From Octopus sinensis (Eukaryota), in contig NC_043019.1 of NCBI RefSeq assembly GCF_006345805.1, positions 11,097,360 to 11,161,359 on the forward strand: a stretch of DNA of 64,000 bases, read 5' to 3'. Below are positions 48,363-62,019 of the stretch, one piece after another (the stretch's first letter is position 1; each line of letters opens with the position of its first letter). Under the pieces are notes generated by a model that made no database searches, was not told the DNA's origin, and worked only from the letters and a program-made list of their open reading frames with translations. Made by a program: the position numbers and the translations under genes.

Positions 48363-49004
48363 AAAAGAGTGCATCATCAGAGATGAGGCTGTGTCCGCTG
48401 ATATGAATGTAGCAGTTAATCATCATCATCATCATCATCATCGTTTAGCGTCCGCTTTCCATGCTGGCATGGGTTGGACAGTGCAACTGGGGTCTGGGAA
48501 GCCAGAAGGCTGCACTAGGCCCCAGTCTGATCTGGCAATGTTTCCATGGCTGGATGCCCTTCCTAACGCCAACCACTCCGTGAGTGTAGTGGGTGCTTTT
48601 TACGTGCCACTACTGGCACAGGTGCCAGACGAGGCTGGCAAACGGCCACCATCGGATGGTGCTTTTTACGTGCCACCTGCACGGGGACCAGACGAAGCTG
48701 GCAAACGGCCACGATCGGATGGTGCTTTTTACGTGCCACTGGCACGGGGGCCAGGCGAGGCTGGCAACGGCCGGCACGGGGGCCAGGCGAGGCTGAGATC
48801 AGTAAAAATAGGAAAATACCAAGACTTAGTAAATAACTGCAAAAACCGAGGAGAGTTTCTGCAAAAGTGGGGCCAGTAGTAATAGGTCCCCTGGGTACTG
48901 TTACAAACAAAAATGTGACTGGAGTAACAACAAGAATTGCATTAATGCAGAAATTTGTTCAGCTAGGAATAGCAGGGATTGTTCAAGAGATCCTTGATAT
49001 ATAA
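48363..49004 (+). mobile_element. R4/Dong-like RLE C-terminal fragment split by a young RTE
   Basis: KECIIRDEAVSADMNVAV (48363-48417) [insert] KIGKYQDL ... VGPVVIGPLGTV ... LMQKFVQLGIAGIVQEILDI*. Confidence 0.65.
48420..48793 (-). mobile_element. Young RTE 3' UTR
   Basis: (CAT)n cgtttagcgtccgctttccatgc..., with three tttttacgtgccac subrepeats. Confidence 0.9.
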
Positions 49005-49060
49005 TGAAACTAGTTGTGACCCAGCATCAAAGACATTGATTCCAAAAGTAAGACATTTGT

Positions 49061-49372
49061 GATCACCGTGACTGACCAGACCATCAGATGTTACTACACA
49101 TCGCTGGTCACAATGTGTTCGCATTGCTTTAGCCTTTGAATGATGCCACCACGCTGGCTAAGCGAGCAGGCCAACAGAAGAAAGAGTGAAAGAGTGAGAG
49201 AAAGAGTGGTGAAAGAGTACAGCAGGGATCACCACCACCCCCTGCCGGAGCCTCGTGGAGCCTTTATGTGTTTTCGCTCAATAAACACTCACAACGCCCG
49301 GTCTAGGAATCGAAACCGCGATCCTACGACCGCGAGTCCGCTGCCCTAACCACTCGGCCATTGCGCCTCCAC
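49061..49372 (-). mobile_element. SINE D, tail type 2, with 11-bp TSD
   Basis: aagacatttgt at 49050-49060 and 49373-49383. Confidence 0.9.
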
Positions 49373-49436
49373 AAGACATTTGTATATACCCTTAAATAAT
49401 GAAAGTAATGATTATAATAATTCTTTCCGCTGTAGA

Positions 49437-50119
49437 CACAAAGCCCGAAAAGTCACTGAGGAGTTTTGACTTTTAATAACTTCCTTATTTTTACAAATAG
49501 TTGCATGAAATTTTAATTCAGTATAGAGGAGATAATGGAGACTAATTTGCCTGAGTCCTTTTTCATCATACCTCAGACATGATCAATTTTTGTGTAAGAT
49601 TTGGGTCATCTTGTGCCAATTCCTGGATTCTGACAGCGTATTAAAGCCTGTTCATAGTCCTAGGACTTCAACTGTTGAACCAACTGTATCCTGTATGGAA
49701 AAAGGTTAAGGCTGCTGAGAACGCTTTGCAGTCTTCAAGTTGACGTGCCTGGATTCTGTTCAATACTCTCTCATCCTTGTTCCCTTGCCTCATCAGTTCA
49801 GACAGTGCAAAGTTTCCCAGATCGTGGAAGATCACTTACTGCCCCTTATTTTTCAAAATGACGAACTAAGTTCATAATTGTTTTCACTTGGGGCGTCTCT
49901 CACTTGAAAATGCCAATGATATGTTCTCTGGTTTTGAATAACTGACCCCTGGTTTTGACAGAGCAATTTCACTACTTGGGTGCCTTGTGTAGTATCATAT
50001 TTTTCCATAATTAATTTCCATGATCTAGTCTTTAAAATACCTGGAAAGAAAAGGAAAATATCAAACAATAAAAAAATTATCAAAAATTGCAATCCCTCAG
50101 TGACTTTTGGGCCACCTTG
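49437..50119 (-). mobile_element. Degenerate Tc1/mariner element retaining the transposase N-terminus
   Basis: TIR core aaaagtcactgagg (49448-49461) / cctcagtgactttt (50095-50108), right end GGGCCACCTTG|TA. The minus strand reads MEKYDTTQGTQVVKLLCQNQGSV...RDAPSEN...VSDLPRSG...YAVRIQELA...LIMSE. Confidence 0.7.
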
Positions 50120-50124
50120 TATGC

Positions 50125-50176
<52 letters not shown>

Positions 50177-50758
50177 CTATTTTTTTTTCAGACGTCAAAC
50201 ATGCCATTCTCCTTTGTGTTATTCCACACTTGTCTGTCTGCTAGCTCATAGATTTTTTTGTTGCATATATAATTATTATTATTTTTTGTTGTCTTCACCT
50301 GGCTGAAAGGACATGTTTTGTTAATTTATTTCACTTTTTGTCTGTCATTCCTCCTTCTTTGTCCATCGTTCCTCCTTCTTTGTCTGTTGTCCCACCTTGT
50401 TCACCCTTCTTATTTTGTTATATTTTAGTCCCATTCCCGGCAAGTTGTTTTGCTGGTTGCCTCCAGGGTGGATGTAATATTATCAATAATAGCACGAAAT
50501 TGCACTTGATACTTTGGCCGATAACTGATGAAAATTGGTGACCTTTTGTGCTTGTTCTCTGTTCATCCATGCATTCATTGCATTTAGTATATGTTTTTCT
50601 GTCCATTTGTTTATTACCAAATGTGTTTGACTTCTGAAAATATTATCCACGTAGTGCAACAAACTCCTTATTTTTGACCTATATATATATATATATGTAT
50701 GTATGTATGTATGCACATACATCTATATATATATATATAATATGGATATATATGTGTG

Positions 50759-50804
<46 letters not shown>

Positions 50805-50809
50805 ATATA

Positions 50810-51034
50810 TTCTTTCTTTTACTTGTTTCAGTCATTTGACTGCGGCCATGCTGGTGTACCGCCTTTAGTCGAGCAAATCAACCCCAAGATTTATTTTTTG
50901 TAAGCCTAGTACTTATTCTATCGATCTCTTTTGCCGAACTGCTAAATTACAGGGATTTAAACATACCAGCATTGGTTGTCAAGCAATGTTGGAGGGACAA
51001 GCATAGACACACACAAACATATACACACAGATAC

Positions 51035-51065
<31 letters not shown>

Positions 51066-51230
51066 TACGATGGGCTTTTTTCAGTTTCCGTCTACCAAGT
51101 CCACTCACAAGGCTTTGGTCAGCCTGATGCCATAGTAGAAGACACTTGCCCAAAGTGCCACGCAGTGGGACTGAACCCGGAACCAGGTTGTTGAGAAGCA
51201 AGATTCTTACCACACACCCACGCCTACGTC
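50810..51230 (-). mobile_element. SINE B
   Basis: Reverse-complement family B sequence. Confidence 0.9.
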
Positions 51231-51231
51231 T

Positions 51232-51285
51232 AATAATAATAATAATAATATGATGATGATGATGATGATGATAATAATAATAATA

Positions 51286-51316
<31 letters not shown>

Positions 51317-51404
51317 TAATAATAATTATAATAATAATAATAATAATAATAACAATAAAATAATAATAATAATAATATAATAATAATAATATAATAATAA
51401 TAAT

Positions 51405-51489
<85 letters not shown>

Positions 51490-51503
51490 TAATAATAATA
51501 ATA

Positions 51504-51569
<66 letters not shown>

Positions 51570-51610
51570 GAGAATAAGAAGAAGAAGAAGAAGAAGAAGA
51601 TGATGGTGAT
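51232..51610. repeat. ~350-bp (AAT)n array
   Basis: Directly visible. Confidence 0.95.
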
Positions 51611-52015
51611 TGTGATGATGGTGACATTGGCGACGAAAATAATAATAGCATTTGAGATAGCAATGGTGAGAAATCTAAATAATATCCATACTACATGTAT
51701 TACATTAGATACAAGCATCATTAAGATTTTATGGCTTTCTGCCCATCTAAGAAATCAACGTTATGTTTCGCATGTCTATTGTTAGTTTCACCCAGATTCA
51801 ACAACAAATATTGTTTATTTATTTTTTCGTCATGCGTTTCTTTATTTTTCTACCATTTGGTGCTTAAACAAATATCGCCCCCCACACACACACATATTTA
51901 TGCACATGCCTACATACATACATACGGATATACATACATTTAATGATACATATGTATGTATATACATTTACATATACACACACAAAAATATATAATATAT
52001 ATAATATATATATAT

Positions 52016-52059
<44 letters not shown>

Positions 52060-52867
52060 AAGAGTAAGAGTAAGAGTATATATATATAATACTTATCTTG
52101 TACTACAAAATAAACAAAGTCTGTGAAAATACATAAATGCTTACATGTGTCTCTGTGTGTGTGTGTGTATGTATATATGTGTGTGTGTATATATACATAC
52201 ATATATATATATATATATTATATATATTTATATATATACACATACATGTACATATATGTATGTATAAGTATATATATATATATGTATGTATGTATAAGTA
52301 TATATATATGTATATATAGATTCACACACATACATGCATGTACATGTATGTATGCGCATGTCTGTCTGTTATTCTGCTCTGTGTGATATCTTATACATGT
52401 ATAGAGATGGTAGAAGAAAGAGGAATGGGGAGAAGTAAACATGCACAAACACATACCAAACACATGGACATATATATATATACATATGTGTGTGCATGTG
52501 TGTGCATGAGTGTGTGTGTATACATGCATGGTAGTGTGTGGTTGTGTGTGTGTATATGTACACTCGTTCTCAGCTAGGTTGCAAGACAAGCATTTAATAA
52601 ACCAATCAATAAATGGCTTTGTAAAATCTCATTCAAGCATTCCGAGTGCGTCTATAATTGAGGCAAGAGAGTTGATATTACTTAGTTATAATCATTAAGT
52701 GTATAAGAAGTATGTCTATGTGATACAGAAGTGTGTGTATGTGTGCATGTGGATGTGTACCCATGGGTGTGTGCGTGTGTATATGTATAATTATGTGCAT
52801 GTGTATATGCATACACACATACACTTCACATACATCATCAGCATCTTCATCATCATCATCATTATTA

Positions 52868-53625
52868 TCATCATTTAATGTCTGTTTTCCTTATTGGCAT
52901 GGGTTGGATGGTTTAACAGGAGCTGGCAAGTCAGAGGACTGAACCAAGGCTCCACTGTGCTGTTTTCCCAAGGATTTTACAGCTTGATGCCCTTCTAAAT
53001 GCCAACCACTTTACAGTTTGGACTGGGTGCTTTTTACATGGCACCAGCACCAGTGAGGTATGCTTTGACATGGTTTTTACAGCTGGATGCCCTTCCAAAT
53101 GCCAACCACTTTACAGAGTGGACTGGGTGGTTTTTACATGGCACCAGCACCAGGGAGGTCTACTTTGACATGGTTTTTACAGCTGGGTGCCCTTCCAAAT
53201 GCCAACCACTTTACAGAGTGGATTAGGTGCTTTTTACAAAGCACCAGCACCAGTGGGGTCTATTTTGACATGGTTTTTACATGGCACCAACACCAGTGAG
53301 GTCTGCTTTGACATGGTTTTTACAGCTGGATGCCCTTCCAAATGCCAACCACTTTACAATGTGGACTGGGTGCTTTTTACAAAGCACCAGCACCAGTGAG
53401 GTCTGCTTTGACATGGTTTTTACAGCTGGATGTCCTTCCAAATGCCAACCACTTTACATTGTGGATTGGGTGCTTTTTACAAGGCACCAACACCAGTAAG
53501 GTCTGCTTTGACATGGTTTTTACAACTGGGTGCCCTTCCAAATGCCAACCACTTTACAGTATGGACTGGGTGCTTTTGTGTGGCTCCAGCACTGGTGTGG
53601 TCTGATTTGGCACAGTTTTTACAGC
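52868..53625 (-). repeat. RTE 3' UTR amplified as a 100-bp tandem array (~6 units)
   Basis: Unit tttttacagctggatgcccttccaaatgccaaccactttacagagtggactgggtgctttttacatggcaccagcaccagtgaggtctgctttgacatgg; paralogous ORFs start 100 bp apart (53087/53187, 53330/53430). Confidence 0.95.
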
Positions 53626-54119
53626 ACCAACATAGTCACCAAGTGAACTCGCAAGAAAGATCCTTTGAGTGGGAGGAGTATTTGCTGGTTTGACAGGGGC
53701 TGATACAGTGGGCATTGCAGTGGGGACAGAATTGGGGAGTGAAAGATAACAACCATGGTGCATAAAAGAGGAAATCTAAGGAAAAGAAGAGATGCAGTTT
53801 GGGAGAAGAACTGTTGTTTGGTTTGTTGGGGTAGGGTGTGTGAAAAGTTTTATTGTTATGTGTGGGTGGAAAACACAGCACTTCTAGAGCTCAGTTTCAC
53901 TGGCATGGGTGGGTCTTATGCCAGGCTTCTTTCAGTTTCCACTAACCAGTTTCAATCTCAAGATATTGGTCAACCCACAACTATCGTGAAGTACCCCCCC
54001 CCCCGCCCCCAAGTGAAAGCATCCGCACAGTGAGGTTCGACTCTTAACCCTCGTGGTTCAAAAGTGAACTTTCTTAACCACACAGCAATGCCTGTACCCT
54101 GCATCCTTCTCCTCCTCTT

Positions 54120-54426
54120 CTTCATCATCATCATCATCATCATCGTCGTCGTCGTCGTCGTCATCCTCCTCCTCATCATCATCCTTATCATCATCATTAT
54201 TAACTGCTATCATCACCACCACCACCAACACTAACACCACCTCCACCAACGGCATCATCATCATCGTCATCATCATGACCATCATTATCATTATCCTTAT
54301 CATCATCATCATCATCATTAACCACTATCATCACCACCAACACCAACACCACCTCCACCAACACCACCTCCACCAAGGCCATCATCATCATTGTCATCAT
54401 CATCACCAACATTATCATTATCACCG

Positions 54427-54462
<36 letters not shown>

Positions 54463-54464
54463 CC

Positions 54465-54517
<53 letters not shown>

Positions 54518-55660
54518 TATCATCATCATCACCACTACCATCATCATCATCATCATCATCATCATATATATCAGAATCAAAAATCGGAGACACATATACA
54601 CAAGGTATGTGCATTGTTACTTGGTGACCCTGCCGGAGATGGTGCCCCCGTTAGAAGAACTCAGTCCACTCATGGTTGCTGTTAGGAAGGGCATCCAGCC
54701 AGACAATCTATGCCAAAACAGACACAGTAGCCTGGTGTAGCCTTCTACTGAGCAAACTCCTGTCAAACCATCCAACCCATGCCAGTATGGAAGGCAGATG
54801 TTAAATGGTGATGATGATGATGATGATATATATATAGTTCAAATTTACAGGAAACAAAAGATGAAGACAGGTGTAGAAACAACAAACAGGTGTATTAGTT
54901 TAATGCTTGGGAAAAATACCTGCGTGTGTGTGTGACCTCTGTTCTCTATTATTGTTGCCATCTCTAGGAATACCACTCCTCTGGTGCAAACCACCCTCAC
55001 CACCATCACCACCACCACTGCTACCACAACCACTGCTACCACAACCACTGTCACCACTACCACCATCACTGCTACCGCAACCACTGCAACCACCACCACT
55101 GCCACCACCACCACTGCCACCACCACCATCACCACTACCACCACCACTGCTACCACAACCACTGCCACCACTACCACCGTCACTGCTACCGCAACCACTG
55201 CAACCACCACCACTGCCACCACCACCACCACCATCACTGCCACCACCACTATCCACCATGCCACCACCACCTCCATCATCACCACCATTGCCCCCACCGC
55301 CACCATCACTGCCATCATCACTATCCACCACCGCCCGGCCTCCACCACACCACCACCGCCACCACCATATAACTCTTTAGTTTAGCTTTAAACCATATGA
55401 CTCATGGTTGGATCTAGATAATCATTAATCAGAATTCTTCCCCACCACCACCACCACCACCACCATTGTCACAATCGTCACCACCGCCACCCCTACTCCA
55501 TCATCATGATCATCATCATCATCGTTTCCATCACACCCATCACCATCACTGTTATCATCAACTTCAGGACCATTACTGTTGTTACCATCATCATCATCAG
55601 CAGCACCACCACCACCACCACCACCACTACCAACACCACCACCACCACCACCACCGCCAC
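54120..55660. repeat. (CAT)n and (CAC)n arrays with an RTE 3' end (54610-54830) between them
   Basis: Directly visible. Confidence 0.85.
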
Positions 55661-55841
55661 CACCAATAACATTCCCCTATACCTTTTCCTTGTCTTCATC
55701 AATATTTGATTCAATAAAAAATACATGAGGTTTATTACTAGTGCAAGGGTGTGCACGAGTATATGTGCGTATATATAGGTGTGTATTTGAGTACATATAT
55801 ATCTGTTTGTGTGTATGTATGTGTATGTATGTACGTATGTA

Positions 55842-55892
<51 letters not shown>

Positions 55893-56023
55893 CAAGATTA
55901 ATCAGCCGAAATTGCGAGGATGATCCGGTTCTTGACTGAAGATTGAAGGCTTCGAATGTCCCGTCCGTGTTTTTTGTATCGTCTTCTAAATGTTTTGCGT
56001 TCTTGTCCCAGTTTGTATTTTTT

Positions 56024-56057
<34 letters not shown>

Positions 56058-56159
56058 ATTTCAGCAAAACAATTTAGATTCAAATGAATATGGTACTTAA
56101 CTTAGATGCACCAGAATTTTTTATGGTATTACCCATAAAATTATGTGGGGTGATTATAA

Positions 56160-56236
56160 CCAAAAAATAAGCAACAAGAATGGATCCGGTAATTTGTACT
56201 AAATTACCGGATCCATTCTTGTTGCTTATTTTTTGG
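56160..56236. repeat. Perfect 36-bp inverted repeat with 5-nt spacer
   Basis: CCAAAAAATAAGCAACAAGAATGGATCCGGTAATTT-GTACT-AAATTACCGGATCCATTCTTGTTGCTTATTTTTTGG. Confidence 0.95.
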
Positions 56237-56270
<34 letters not shown>

Positions 56271-56764
56271 CATCATCATTTAACATCTGCTTTCCATGCT
56301 GGCAGAGGTTAGACGGTTTGACTAGAACTGGTAAGCTGGAGAACTGCACCAAGTTCCAATCTGACTTAACATATACGGCTTAACTTGACATGGTCAAAGC
56401 TTTAAGAAGTTCACTTTATAATCGAGTGATCTCAGGTTCAATCCCACTCAATGGTAGCCTGGGTATGTAACTTCAATCATCACCTCAGGCCAACCGAACC
56501 AATGTCTTCAGTATGAATATGTGTGAAAGGAAACTGTGCAGAAACCTGATGTATGAATGATTCCTGTGCTTCGAAAATGTCAGGCTTATCATACCCCAGT
56601 GATGTTGTTATTGTCTGGGGATTATGTTTTATGAATACAAGCATCTATGGAATACTCGTCCATTTATTGGTTATGACAAATTAAGGAGTTTTCATTGTTG
56701 GAATTGACAGAGGAACCGTTTTTGTAGTGTGTACATGTAGGGGTATGGATTGTGTGAGTGTGTC

Positions 56765-56857
<93 letters not shown>

Positions 56858-57079
56858 CTTTGTAGGTATGTATTTGTGAATACATACAGTCACACCTGTA
56901 GATACTTGCATACATTTGCTCATGTGTGTGTATATATATATATATGTGTGTGTGTGTATATGTATATATATAGGTGTGTGTGTGTGTGTGTGTGTGAATA
57001 TGTATGCATATATTAAGGCACACATATACATACACACATATATATGTATGTATAAATCTATATCTATCTCTCTATTCTC

Positions 57080-57179
57080 NNNNNNNNNNNNNNNNNNNNN
57101 NNNNNNNNNNNNNNNNNNNNNNNNNNNNNNNNNNNNNNNNNNNNNNNNNNNNNNNNNNNNNNNNNNNNNNNNNNNNNNN
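57080..57179. other. Assembly gap (100 N)
   Basis: Run of N. Confidence 1.
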
Positions 57180-57224
57180 TTTCGCCCGACGGGCTACCGT
57201 TTCTCGCGCCAGCTCGCCGCCTTA

Positions 57225-57520
57225 TTCTTCATACCTTCTCCTTCTGACTACCACTTTTTCAAGCACTTTGATGGTTTCCTTTGAGAGGAGGAGTTCAAAA
57301 ATCAAACTGATGCTGAAAGTGCATTCAAAGAATTCATCAGCTCCAGACTCTCCAGATTTTTATGTTACCGGCAATAAACAAACATGTAAATCATTGGCAA
57401 CGTGTGTGTTGGTTGTAATGGTACTTACTTTGAAGAATAAAGTTTCCGCATGGTTGGAATATATTGTGATGAATTTCATGTTTCAAAACGCAGCTGTTCA
57501 TTACATGAATGTTCACTCTT
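57225..57520 (+). mobile_element. Mariner transposase C-terminal remnant
   Basis: SPSDYHFFKHFDGFL...FKNQTDAESAFKEFISSR..PDFY..G..K...W..CV.C.G.YF pattern; preceded by a SINE C head on the minus strand next to the gap. Confidence 0.8.
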
Positions 57521-58684
57521 AAATACTACTAGTAGACTAACGCTAATTGTTGACTGTAGAACTGTTCATGATGAAATGGTTAGTAATTAATGCCTCCACC
57601 TCTTCTTATCTTCTAATTAACATTTAATAAATCAAACAGGTATTTAAATATCTATATGTCTGTTCTGTTATAAGCTGTAGTTAATAGGATTTGAATTTTT
57701 CACATTGTTAACTTCATCTTCAGAGATCAAAGATTGCTTTAAATATTTATGTCTACATCGCACCTTGATTTGTTTGATCTTTCATCATCATCAGGTGTCT
57801 TTTCCCAGGTGTTTACGTAATACCAGACTGGTGGTACCAATGGTTGATTAAAGGTAGTTTATATAATATTTACTTTTACACTCTATATCAATCAAATTGA
57901 TCTCTTATCATTATCAGATGTCTGATTCCTGGATGGCTACATAAATAGCAGTCTGATACCAATAATTAATTAATTAAAGATAGTTAATTAAATGTTTAAC
58001 CTTGAGCAACTTTTTTGAATTCCACATATGTTACAATCATGGACATGTTTACAAAATCGAAAATAAAATCTCAGTATCCATCACTTTCGGAAACATCTTC
58101 TTACATTCAGAATTGGTGAAGCATAGAATGAACAACCCGCATCAGTTGTTGGCTGCCAAGACACAACCCACTTCAAAACTTCCATGCTTCCTGATATTCA
58201 CCAACAGTACACCTGATGCTCCCCACTCACATTTCTCTTTTTTTTTGCTTCTTTTTTCTTTTCTTTTCTTTTTTTTTTGAAGAACCATTCACTGTTCACT
58301 TCCTGTGCATATTCTATGTACTATTCAAGCAGTTTTGGTTACTTTTTCCGATGAGTTGTAGTATACCTGAGCTTTATACTAGTAAACAGTCATCTGGTTC
58401 GCCAGTCCTCAGTAAAATTGTCCAACCCATGCTAACATAGAAAGCAGACATTAAACGATGATGATGATGATGATATATAAAGTGATGTGAGTGCAAGTCT
58501 CATGGCTGGTTGCTGACATATTTTTTCTGCTTTGTATGGATATTTTATCCTGTCTCTTTGTTCTACGAGTATTTGTGCATTTGAAAATAATTATGTTTAT
58601 TTGTATCTCACAATACACATTTCAGTGCCTCTAAGGCAAAACATTGGGTTTGTTTACATTTATAATATTATATTATCATCCCAT

Positions 58685-59080
58685 CATTGTCACCATTTAG
58701 TATCCATTTTCCATGCTGGCATGGGTTGGATGGTTGTACTGGTACGGGTAGAAGCCGAGAGTGGGTACCAGGTTCCAGTCTGATTTGGCTTAGTCTCTGT
58801 GGTTGGATGCCCTTCCTGACACCAACCACTGCACAGAGTGTACCTGGTACCTTTTATGTTTCACCAGTGCTGGCATGAATATTGCTCACTGATTACTTGA
58901 CTTCTTCTCAGCACAGCAATTCACCAAGAGTCTCGGTTACTTGTTATCACCTCTGTGAGACTCAAGAGCCGAAGATCATGCTGCATCACCTCACTCTCCC
59001 ATGTCTTCCTGGGTCCTCTCTCTCTTCCATAGATTCCCTCCACAGTTCGAGATAGGCACTTCTTCATGCAGCTGTTCTCA
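58685..59080 (-). mobile_element. Old RTE 3' fragment
   Basis: SCMKKCLSRTVEGIYGRERGPRKTWESEVMQHDLRLLSLTE, plus 3' UTR. Confidence 0.85.
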
Positions 59081-59265
59081 TATATATAAACATATACATA
59101 TATATACATACATATATATATATATATATATAATTGGCAACAGGTGGGGTTGGCGTCAGGAAGGGATTCGGCGTAGAAAAATGCCACACGCATAGCGCTC
59201 TGCGCATATATGCTATATATATATATATATATATTATAATATATATATATATATATATAATATAT

Positions 59266-59562
59266 ACCGGGGGAAGGGCTGCGTGTTGTGTTCTTGAGCA
59301 AGGCCACTTATTTCACGTACATGCTGAGCAGTGTCACTCAGCTGTAAGAAATGAGAATTGCGACGTCGCGTCATGGTGCCAAGCTTGTATCGACCTTTGT
59401 CTTTCCCTTGGATAACACTGGTGGTGTGGGGAGGATGGGGAATGCTGGTATGCATGGCGACCGTGGTCTGTCCATAAAAACCTTGCCCAGATTGGTCTAG
59501 GAGGGTAACTTTCTAGGTAGCAATCCCATGGTCCTTCATGACCGGAAGGGGGTCTTTACCCT
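59266..59562 (+). mobile_element. SINE-like repeat family E
   Basis: Second partial copy at 62945-63100 (ttcccttggataaca...ccataaa.acct.tgcccaga...aactttctaggt). Confidence 0.65.
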
Positions 59563-59639
59563 TTATATATATATATATATATTATATTATTATACACACT
59601 ATATATATGGTATTACACACAGACCCATATATATATGTG

Positions 59640-60020
59640 GTGCCTTGGGCAAGTGTCTTCTGCTATAACCTATAGCACTATAGTCCTCGGCACAGTGGGA
59701 TTTGGTAGACGGAAGCTGAAAGAAGCCGTCGTTATATAATATATATATATATATATCTATATATATATATATATATACATACCATGTATGTATGTGTGGT
59801 GTATATGTTTGTGAGTGTGTGTTTGTCCCCTACCATCACTTGACAACCAATGTTGGTGTGTTTATATTCCCATAACTTAGCGCTTCGGTAAAAGAAATCG
59901 ATAGAATAAGTACTAGGCTTACAAACAATCAGTCCTGGGGTCGATTTGTTTGAATAAAGGCAGTGCTCCAGCATGGCTGCAGTCAGATGACTGGAACAAA
60001 TAAAAGAGTAAAAGAATAAA
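59640..60020 (+). mobile_element. SINE B (head truncated)
   Basis: Core and tail match family B. Confidence 0.85.
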
Positions 60021-60839
60021 GAATGTATATACATATATACATATATATGCACATATGCATACATACATACACACATACATACATATATATTACTTTTACA
60101 TATATATATATATATATTAGAAAGTTTGGAGATGATGTACAGGTTTTTTATATTAGAAGAAATGAGATACTCAGAATTCGGATGGTTTTATATTACAGAT
60201 ATTTTTTGTATATTACATGTTTTTTATACATCATATAACTTATATCATATATCATATATTAGCGCTTTCATCCATTCTGGTGGATTTTTTCAATTGGAAC
60301 TAAGTTCTGTGGAAATTTCGACCATTTTATAGTTTTATGAGTGTGTAGGGGGGGGAGGGATATAAGATAGTACAAGAGTTGAATATGGGAGGACAGTGAG
60401 AGAGAGAGAGCATGGTGTGTGTGTGTGTGTGTTGTGGCGTGTGTGTGGTGTGTGTGTGTGTGTGGCTGTGTGTGTGTGTGTGTGTGTGTGTGCATGCGTG
60501 TGTGTACTTTTATATCTGAAAGTAGTGTTAGAAAAAAAGAAGGGAAGGAAGAAAAGAAGGGAAGAAAGAAAAGGGCCATACTATTCCCCATATACCTATA
60601 TTCTATCTATCTATATAATATATATTCTTTATCTTCTTTATCTTTTACTTGTTTCAGTCATTTGACTGTGGCCATGCTGGGGCACCGCTTTAAGGCACCC
60701 AACGTGGGGCATATAATATTATATATAATATATATATATAATATATATATTAGAGAGAGAGAAGAGAGAGAGATATTGTGTGTAATGTATATATAAATAA
60801 CACACCCACACAACCACACACACCACACACACACATATA

Positions 60840-61025
60840 TATTTGAAATTTATAGAAAAACAAAAGACAAAGACAGGTGTGTGAACAACAAACAAGTGTT
60901 TTAGTTTGACGCTTGGGAAAGTGAGAAAGTCCTTTATGTTTCGAGCCTACGCTCTTCAACAGAAAGTAATAAGAAAAATAAACAGAGAGAATGAAAAAAC
61001 ACGAAAAAATTCTTAGATTTTAGTG
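60840..61025 (-). mobile_element. Short repeat family P2
   Basis: Reverse complement of 45180-45365, including the GAGC-gtag-GCTC-GAAAC motif at 60932-60966. Confidence 0.7.
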
Positions 61026-61032
61026 ATCCAGC

Positions 61033-61580
61033 ATATGTATGTATGTATATATGTATGTATGTATGCATGTATATATGTACGTATGTATGTATGTATGTAT
61101 GTATGTATGTATGTATATATGTATGTATGTATGCATGTATATATGTACGTATGTATGTATGTATGTATGTAGTATGTATAGATATGTATGTATCTATGCA
61201 TGTATATATGTACGTATGTATGGATGTAGTATGTATGTATGTATGTATGTGTGTGTGTGTGTGTATGTATGATGCATGTATGTATGTATGTAGTTGTATG
61301 TATGTAGTATGCATGCATGTATGTATGTATGTATTTATTATGTATTATGGTGTGTGTGTATGTATGTATGTATGTTGTTGCATGCATGCATGCATGTATG
61401 TATGTATGTTGTATGCATGTATGTATGTATGTATGTATCTGTATGTATGAATGTATATGAAGGTAGTGGAATGTAATGTATGTACGTACGTACGTATGTA
61501 TGTATGTATGTATGTATGTCTGTATGTACGTATGTATGTATGTATGTATGTATGTATGTATGTATGTGTGTATGTATGTA
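61033..61580. repeat. (TATG)n array
   Basis: Directly visible. Confidence 0.95.
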
Positions 61581-61680
61581 TGTTGGTGCAAACAGGAAAA
61601 CGGAACTCAAAATATGAGAATATGAATATTTTTATTAATATTTAGTTGAAACAAGAGTAACTGAAAGGCTGAGAGCTTTT

Positions 61681-61726
<46 letters not shown>

Positions 61727-61758
61727 TATACACACACACACACACACACACCACACAT

Positions 61759-61837
<79 letters not shown>

Positions 61838-62019
61838 ATATATATATATATGTGAAAGGGAGAGAAGGAAAGAGATAAAGATAGAAAGGGGAGTTTATGC
61901 AGCCTGTTCATATTGTTTTTACCGTCCTATAAATAACTTGTATTTGACCAAATATTACAGAAATTTAGAACAAGGGAGTTGATAGAAATGAAACAAAAAA
62001 GCCCCGGCAACAACCAAGA

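Noticed and set aside
50483-50680. Protein-like minus-strand frame SKIRSLLHYVDNIFRSQTHLVINKW...
   Set aside because: The only acceptor follows a (TA)n tract, no motif was recognised, and the length is within chance for AT-rich DNA.
55940-55972. Additional hammerhead-like motif CTGAAGA-tt-GAAG-g-CTTC-GAA-tGTC
   Set aside because: The stem II loop is only 1 nt, GAAA is incomplete and stem I is unconvincing; noted only as context.
57180-57225. GC-rich odd sequence right after the gap
   Set aside because: It is a distorted reverse complement of the SINE C head at a contig edge, probably low-quality sequence.
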